From Terriglobia bacterium (GTDB lineage Bacteria > Acidobacteriota > Terriglobia > JAJPHL01), in the NCBI GenBank assembly GCA_021325275.1, contig JAJPHL010000035.1:54916-118915 (forward strand): DNA of 64,000 bases. Reading direction: 5' to 3'. The notes under the pieces are model-generated. The model worked only from the letters and a program-made list of their open reading frames with translations. It was not told where the DNA came from and searched no databases. The position numbers and the translations under genes were made by a program. This document shows, in pieces, positions 58,799-64,000 of this stretch (position 1 is the first letter of the stretch; each line of letters starts with the position of its first letter).

Positions 58799-59428
58799 AT
58801 GATGCTCGATTGGCCGGCGCGCGTGTCTCGGCATTTCCGCGAAGCGCGAATGCAGCGTTTTTTGCGCGAAATTCCGCTGACTCCCGAGACGCGCGTGCTC
58901 GACGTAGGCGGTGCGCCGGAAACGTGGGCGAATCTGCCGCTGCGTCCCCGCGTGGTCATCCTGAATATGCCGCGCGCCGCGGAAGCATTTGGAGAGATTC
59001 TCGCAGTCGGCGGAGACGGATGTGCGTTGCCCTTTGCGGATCAATCCTTCGACGTGGTGTTCAGCAATTCGGTGATCGAACACGTGGGAAGCTGGGAAAA
59101 GCAGCAGCGTTTCGCCGCGGAAGTGGCGCGCGTGGGACGCCGCTACTGGGTGCAGACGCCGAATCGCGGATTTCCCGTGGAGACGCACCTGCTCACGCCG
59201 TTCTTGCACTGGCTGCCGCGGGCTCTTCAGGAAATAATTGCACCTCGCTTCACCGTGTGGTCGATGTTGACGAAGGCGAGCGCCGATCAGCGCGCGTGGT
59301 ACGTTCGCCATTTTCTCGACGACATCAAACTGCTCGACGCCGGGCAAGTGTCCGCGCTTTTTCCCGGCGCGACGTTGATTCGCGAACGCGCAGGCGGATT
59401 CGTGAAGTCGCTGATCGCGATGCGATGA
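58799..59428 (+). CDS. Class I SAM-dependent methyltransferase
   Basis: VLDVGG, FDVVFSNSVIEHVG and VQTPN..FPVETH motifs. Confidence 0.85.
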   Translation: MMLDWPARVSRHFREARMQRFLREIPLTPETRVLDVGGAPETWANLPLRPRVVILNMPRAAEAFGEILAVGGDGCALPFADQSFDVVFSNSVIEHVGSWEKQQRFAAEVARVGRRYWVQTPNRGFPVETHLLTPFLHWLPRALQEIIAPRFTVWSMLTKASADQRAWYVRHFLDDIKLLDAGQVSALFPGATLIRERAGGFVKSLIAMR

Positions 59429-59618
59429 CCAGCGGCACAGGCCTCCATTGCCTGCCCCATCCGCTCCGCCCCCCCGAGAAAATCGGTTTAAACGAAAGTT
59501 CTATTCCGATAAACCTTGGTTCTAGCTCCTCGGGATCATGCGCGCGAGTGACTACGTAAGCTATAGTAGAAACATTATCGACTGGGGTGCGCGCTGCAGG
59601 GCGGGCTCCGGGTTCATC

Positions 59619-62192
59619 ATGTCATTCAAAGGCACGGACACAGCGCCGACGGAATCCGACCGCTCCAAGTGGGATCAACTGGAGCGCAAGGAAGGCCAGT
59701 TGTGGAGCTACGCGCTTTGGCTCGGATTATTGCTGGCCGTGGCGTGGGCCGCCGCCGAGTGGGAACATCTCCGCGCGTTTTCACTGAATCTTACGAGTCT
59801 TCCGGCCGGCGTGGTGGTGTTGATGGTTCTGTTTTTCGTCTACGCGTTCCGGAAACGCCAGGAGATTTTGGAACTGCGCAGTTTCGTCCGCGGAATTCGC
59901 GAACGCGACGAAGCGCCTCCCACCGAGCAGCAACTGGAACGCCTTTTCGCGATCGTCGAAAAATCGCAGCACGGATATCGCGAGCTGATCGATAGCTTCG
60001 ACGACGTAGTGTTCGCGTTCAGTCTCGAAGGCCGCCTGCAAGCGGCCAATCGCGCGCTGGAAGCCGTGCTCGGCGAGCCGATCGGCGCGCTGGTGGGCCG
60101 CAATCTCAGCGAACTGGTCTCCGAACCAACGGCGGAAGACGCCGAGCGCGGACTGTCGCGCTTTCTCGACCGCCGTCATTGGCAAGGCGTATTGAAAGTG
60201 CGAATCCGCAAATCGGGCGGCGTACGTTATTACGATACGATCCTGCAGGCGATCGTCAGCAACGGCGTGGTCACGGGCGTCAGCGTGTTGGCGCGCGACG
60301 TGACGCGAGCGCGCGAAGTGGAAGCGCGCTTCACCGAGCTTTTCGAGACGCTGCAAGAAGGAATCTACGTGCGCTCGGCCGACGGTGAAATGTTGAGCGT
60401 CAATCCCGCGCTGGCGCGAATGCTCGGTTACGAGAACGCCAACGAACTGCTCGGCGTCCGCTGGCAGCAGTTGTGCGAAGCGTCGGTCCACGCAGGACTC
60501 CCTGGGCAGTCGGGAACGCGTCCGCTAACCGGCGAAATCCGCTTGCGCCGCAAAGACGGCGCGACGGTGCTGTGTCAGGCCTACACCACGCCGCTCTACG
60601 ATCCGCAAGGCAACGTGACGCGCTATCAGGGAACGCTGGTCGATATCTCGCAGCGCAAGGAAATGGAAGAGCGCCTGCACAGCGAGCAGGAGTTCGCGCG
60701 GCAACTGGTCACCAGCGTCCCGGACACGATTACGGCGCTCGATCGTGAGGGTCGCTTCACGTTTCTTACGCCTCACTACATGGAGGTCACAGGATATCCG
60801 CCGGAAGAGATGCTCGGCCAGCCGTACGGCGCGAACATCGCGTCGGAGGATTTTGCGCGCGTGCGTGACGCCTTCCAGGACTTGATCGCGGGGCGCTCGC
60901 CGCAAGTTTCCCTCGAGTATCGCGTGAATCATCGCGACGGCCGGCCGCGGACCGTCGCGACGATCGCGTGTCCGCTGACCGACAGCGGTGGGCAAATCAC
61001 GGGCGTCGTCGCGTCGACGCGTGATCTCACCGAGCGGCGGCGCCTGGAACAGCAAATCATGCAAACCGAAAAACTCGCCGCCATGGGTCGCATGATCGCC
61101 GGCGTGGCGCACGAACTGAACAATCCGTTGACCGTGATTCTCGGCGCCAGCGACACGCAAGGCGCGCCGGCGCCCGACGCCGGAAGCAATCGCCGCTTGG
61201 ATTTGATCCAAACGCAAGCCCGGCGCACGGCCGAGATCGTGCAGAATCTTTTATCGTTCTCGCGTCCACCGTCGCCGGAGCGAAAGCCCGTCGACATCGA
61301 CGAATTGATCGCTCGCACGCTGCAACTTTGCGATTATTCGCTGCGGGTCAACTGCATCACCGTCGACGTGGCCTCGGAAAAAGGATTGCCCGCCGTCGCC
61401 GGCGACGCCGCGCAACTCGTGCAGGTGTTCGTAAACCTGGTAGTGAACGCCGAACAAGCGATCCGCGAAGTTCGCGATCGCGGACGCATTCGCATCCGCA
61501 CCGGTGCGGGCGGCGGACAAGTTTGGATCAGCTTTCAAGACGATGGTCCCGGCATCAGTTCGCAAGTGCTGCCGAATATTTTCGACCCGTTCTTCACTAC
61601 GAAGCGTCCGGGACGCGGCACCGGACTGGGCTTGAGCATTTGTCTTTCGATTTTGCGCGAACACGGCGGATCGATCGACGCGCAGCACGGTCCCGTGGAC
61701 GGTGAATTCCCGAGCGGCACCCTCTTCATCGTCACGCTGCCGGAGGCCAAGGGCGCGGTGGTGCATCCCGAAGAGACGCCGGCGCCTTTGCCGTTCCCCG
61801 AATTGCGCGAACGCAGCATTCTCGTAGTGGACGACGAACCGGGCATTCTCGATTTGATCCGCATGACGCTGCAGAATCGCGGAATGATCGTGGAGTGCGC
61901 GCGCAACGCCGACGAAGGATTGCGCGCGCTCGCCACGCGCAAGTTCGACTTCATTCTTTGCGACATGAAGATGCCTCGCGGCAGCGGCAAGGATCTTTAC
62001 GAGCGAGCGCGGCAGCAGTTCGCCACGATACCCACTTACATCTTGATGGCCGGCGATCCCACCGATCCCGTCACCGTGGATTTCGCGCGCGAAGCGAAAG
62101 TCACGCTGCTCGCGAAGCCGTTCACCATCGCCGATTTGCTGCGCGTTTTGGGATCGCCGCAACGCGCGGGTCGCGAGAATCGCGCGTCGTAG
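59619..62192 (+). CDS. Hybrid sensor histidine kinase (2 TM, 3 PAS, HisKA, HATPase, REC)
   Basis: AHELNNPL, NLVVNA, DDGPG, FFTTK..GTGLGL; receiver VDDE..CDMKMP..KPF. Confidence 0.92.
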   Translation: MSFKGTDTAPTESDRSKWDQLERKEGQLWSYALWLGLLLAVAWAAAEWEHLRAFSLNLTSLPAGVVVLMVLFFVYAFRKRQEILELRSFVRGIRERDEAPPTEQQLERLFAIVEKSQHGYRELIDSFDDVVFAFSLEGRLQAANRALEAVLGEPIGALVGRNLSELVSEPTAEDAERGLSRFLDRRHWQGVLKVRIRKSGGVRYYDTILQAIVSNGVVTGVSVLARDVTRAREVEARFTELFETLQEGIYVRSADGEMLSVNPALARMLGYENANELLGVRWQQLCEASVHAGLPGQSGTRPLTGEIRLRRKDGATVLCQAYTTPLYDPQGNVTRYQGTLVDISQRKEMEERLHSEQEFARQLVTSVPDTITALDREGRFTFLTPHYMEVTGYPPEEMLGQPYGANIASEDFARVRDAFQDLIAGRSPQVSLEYRVNHRDGRPRTVATIACPLTDSGGQITGVVASTRDLTERRRLEQQIMQTEKLAAMGRMIAGVAHELNNPLTVILGASDTQGAPAPDAGSNRRLDLIQTQARRTAEIVQNLLSFSRPPSPERKPVDIDELIARTLQLCDYSLRVNCITVDVASEKGLPAVAGDAAQLVQVFVNLVVNAEQAIREVRDRGRIRIRTGAGGGQVWISFQDDGPGISSQVLPNIFDPFFTTKRPGRGTGLGLSICLSILREHGGSIDAQHGPVDGEFPSGTLFIVTLPEAKGAVVHPEETPAPLPFPELRERSILVVDDEPGILDLIRMTLQNRGMIVECARNADEGLRALATRKFDFILCDMKMPRGSGKDLYERARQQFATIPTYILMAGDPTDPVTVDFAREAKVTLLAKPFTIADLLRVLGSPQRAGRENRAS

Positions 62193-62267
62193 CCAGGCAA
62201 AGAAGGAGAGATTTGCCGCGGCGGCTAGCATACCCAAGACAACGCGCGTGATAAAGTAGGAATTCCC

Positions 62268-63458
62268 ATGCCTGTGGAAACCGTGAAAATGAAGGCGCGC
62301 GGATTCATCTGCGTGAATTCGCATCCGGAAGGTTGCCGTCGCAACGTGGAGCGCCAAATCGACGTTGTGCGCGGCGCGGGAAAACGCGCCGGATTCAAGA
62401 ACGTGCTCGTTGTCGGCGCGTCCACTGGTTATGGACTCGCCAGTCGCATCGCTGCCGCGTGGGGATTCGGCGCGAAGACTCTCGGCGTGTTTTTCGAGCG
62501 ACCGCCCGAAGGCGGCAAGCCCGCCACCGCGGGATTCTACAACTCAGTGGCGTTTCACGACGCGGCGCGCCGGGGCGGTCTCTATGCCGCGAGCATCAAC
62601 GGCGACGCATTTTCCGACGGCGTGAAGAAGCAAGCCGTGGAAATCATCCGCCGCGGCATGGGCACGGTCGATTTGGTGATTTACAGTTTGGCGTCGCCGC
62701 GCCGCACGCATCCGAAAACGGGTGTGGTGTACAACTCGGCACTGAAACCGATTGGCGCGCCGTTCACTGCGCACACCATCGACCTGAATGCGGAAAAAGT
62801 TGTGGAAGTCACGATCCCGCCGGCCAGCGACGATGAGATCGCCGGCACGGTCGCGGTGATGGGCGGCGAAGATTGGCGCATGTGGATCCACACGCTGCTC
62901 GACGAGAAACTGTTGGCGCCCGGCGCCAGGACGGTGGCGTATTCCTACATCGGACCGTCGGTCACGTGGCCGGTTTATCGCGACGGGACAATTGGTCGCG
63001 CGAAGCAGGACCTGGAGGCCGCGGCCGCTGCGATGCGCGAGGGACTGGGCCAGAACGCCGCGTGGGTCGCGGTGAACAAAGCGGTGGTGACGCAAGCGTC
63101 GGCGGCGATTCCGGTTGTGCCGCTGTACATGAGTCTTTTGCCGCGCGTGATGAAGGCGAAGGGCCTGGAAGAAGGTTGTATCGAGCAAATGGCGCGCTTG
63201 TTCTTCGAGCACATCGCGCCCGATCGTACGCCCACGCTGGACGATGCGCGACGCATTCGCATGGACGATCGCGAGATGCGCGACGACGTGCAAAAAGAAG
63301 TCCTGCGTGATTTTCCAAGCATCACGACGGAAAACTTGCTCACGTCCACCGACTTTCCGAACTTCAAGCGGGAGTTTCAAGGCCTGTTCGGCTTCAACGT
63401 GGATGGCGTCGATTACACGCAACCTGTTGAGACTGACCTAGCGTTGGTAAATCCATAA
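62268..63458 (+). CDS. fabV: Enoyl-ACP / trans-2-enoyl-CoA reductase
   Basis: GASTGYGLASRI, INGDAFS, YSLASP, VMGGEDW, YSYIG..Y..GTIG.AK and VTQAS motifs. Confidence 0.94.
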   Translation: MPVETVKMKARGFICVNSHPEGCRRNVERQIDVVRGAGKRAGFKNVLVVGASTGYGLASRIAAAWGFGAKTLGVFFERPPEGGKPATAGFYNSVAFHDAARRGGLYAASINGDAFSDGVKKQAVEIIRRGMGTVDLVIYSLASPRRTHPKTGVVYNSALKPIGAPFTAHTIDLNAEKVVEVTIPPASDDEIAGTVAVMGGEDWRMWIHTLLDEKLLAPGARTVAYSYIGPSVTWPVYRDGTIGRAKQDLEAAAAAMREGLGQNAAWVAVNKAVVTQASAAIPVVPLYMSLLPRVMKAKGLEEGCIEQMARLFFEHIAPDRTPTLDDARRIRMDDREMRDDVQKEVLRDFPSITTENLLTSTDFPNFKREFQGLFGFNVDGVDYTQPVETDLALVNP

Positions 63459-63462
63459 CGTT

Positions 63463-64000
63463 ATGAAACGCGTTCGCAAAATTCTCATGATTTTCGCCAT
63501 CGTTCTCGTCGTGCTCATCGCGATTCCAGCAGTGCTTTTCTGGAACGCGCAGCGCAGCTACGCTGCGGCGCATCTCAAAGCCGGCGATCGCGCGCCGGAA
63601 TTCGCGTTGCCCGATCAGAACGGACGCACCGTCCGCTTGGCCGATTACCTCGGGAAGAAGAACGTAGTTCTGGCGTTCTACATCAAGGCCAACACGCCTG
63701 GTTGAACGAAAGAAATGAAGGCGTATCAGGCTGATATCGCCAAACTGGAAGCCGCCGACACCGTGGTGATGGGATTGAGCGTCGATTCGAGCGCCGACAA
63801 TTTGAAATTCGCGAACGATGCAGGATTGAACATGCCGTTGCTTTCCGACACGTCGAAAGAAGTGAGCACGCGATATGGCGTGTTGAATCCCCTGCTGCGA
63901 TTTGCGAATCGCACCACGTTTGTGGTCGATAAGTCCGGCGTGATTCAACACGTCGATGCGGGCGGCGGCGCGGTGGATCCCACGGGCGCAGTGTCGGCAT
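63463..64000 (+). CDS. Selenocysteine-containing peroxiredoxin (BCP/AhpC-TSA type) with N-terminal membrane anchor; runs off the window
   Basis: FYIKANTPG-UGA(63703-63705)-TKEM at the TxxC peroxidatic site; the frame continues with GLSVD, PLLSD and RTTFVVD Prx motifs without a stop. Confidence 0.85.
63720..63741 (+). promoter_or_regulatory. Putative bacterial SECIS hairpin
   Basis: GGCG-TATCA-[GGC]-TGATA-T-CGCC stem-loop; apical loop begins with G at the 24th nt after the UGA. Confidence 0.65.

Noticed and set aside
57541..59559. Very long antisense or alternative-frame ORFs (e.g. 672 aa here, 596 aa at 38927, 541 aa at 21285)
   Set aside because: Shadow frames of real genes in GC-rich DNA, with no recognisable motifs
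63463..63705. 80-aa ORF read as a truncated peroxiredoxin pseudogene
   Set aside because: The stop is a UGA at the catalytic Cys position, the downstream frame is intact and a SECIS-like hairpin follows, so selenocysteine is the better explanation

Overview
GC-rich bacterial chromosomal window, most likely Acidobacteriota (inferred from a TIGR03435-type protein, a Zn-finger/XRE regulator, a cytochrome c-fused quinoprotein and a TPR tail). It is mostly core and accessory metabolism: tRNA-Asn; an SPFH-speD-DUF4178x2-peptide-DUF350-membrane aminopropyltransferase-Hsp70 operon; sucCD-ndk-xseA; trpD; an EF-G paralogue; a VapBC-type pair; MltD-like, DegP, smpB-pepA; a secretin plus two pseudopilins; aguBA; galT, pirin, GH29, a hybrid kinase and fabV. 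The main candidates for novelty are: (1) a nitrite assimilation operon in which nirA is flanked by a NifI1/NifI2-like PII pair (one member degenerate), followed by an FNT channel and a porin, behind a sigma54-like promoter; (2) a membrane-anchored peroxiredoxin with an in-frame UGA at the peroxidatic position and a SECIS-like hairpin, missed by the ORF track; (3) several families of palindromic intergenic repeats, one apparently translated as an enzyme's signal peptide; (4) a small acidic/basic H1-like protein; (5) a recurring leaderless-gene signature. All calls come from reading motifs by eye; no database searches were run.
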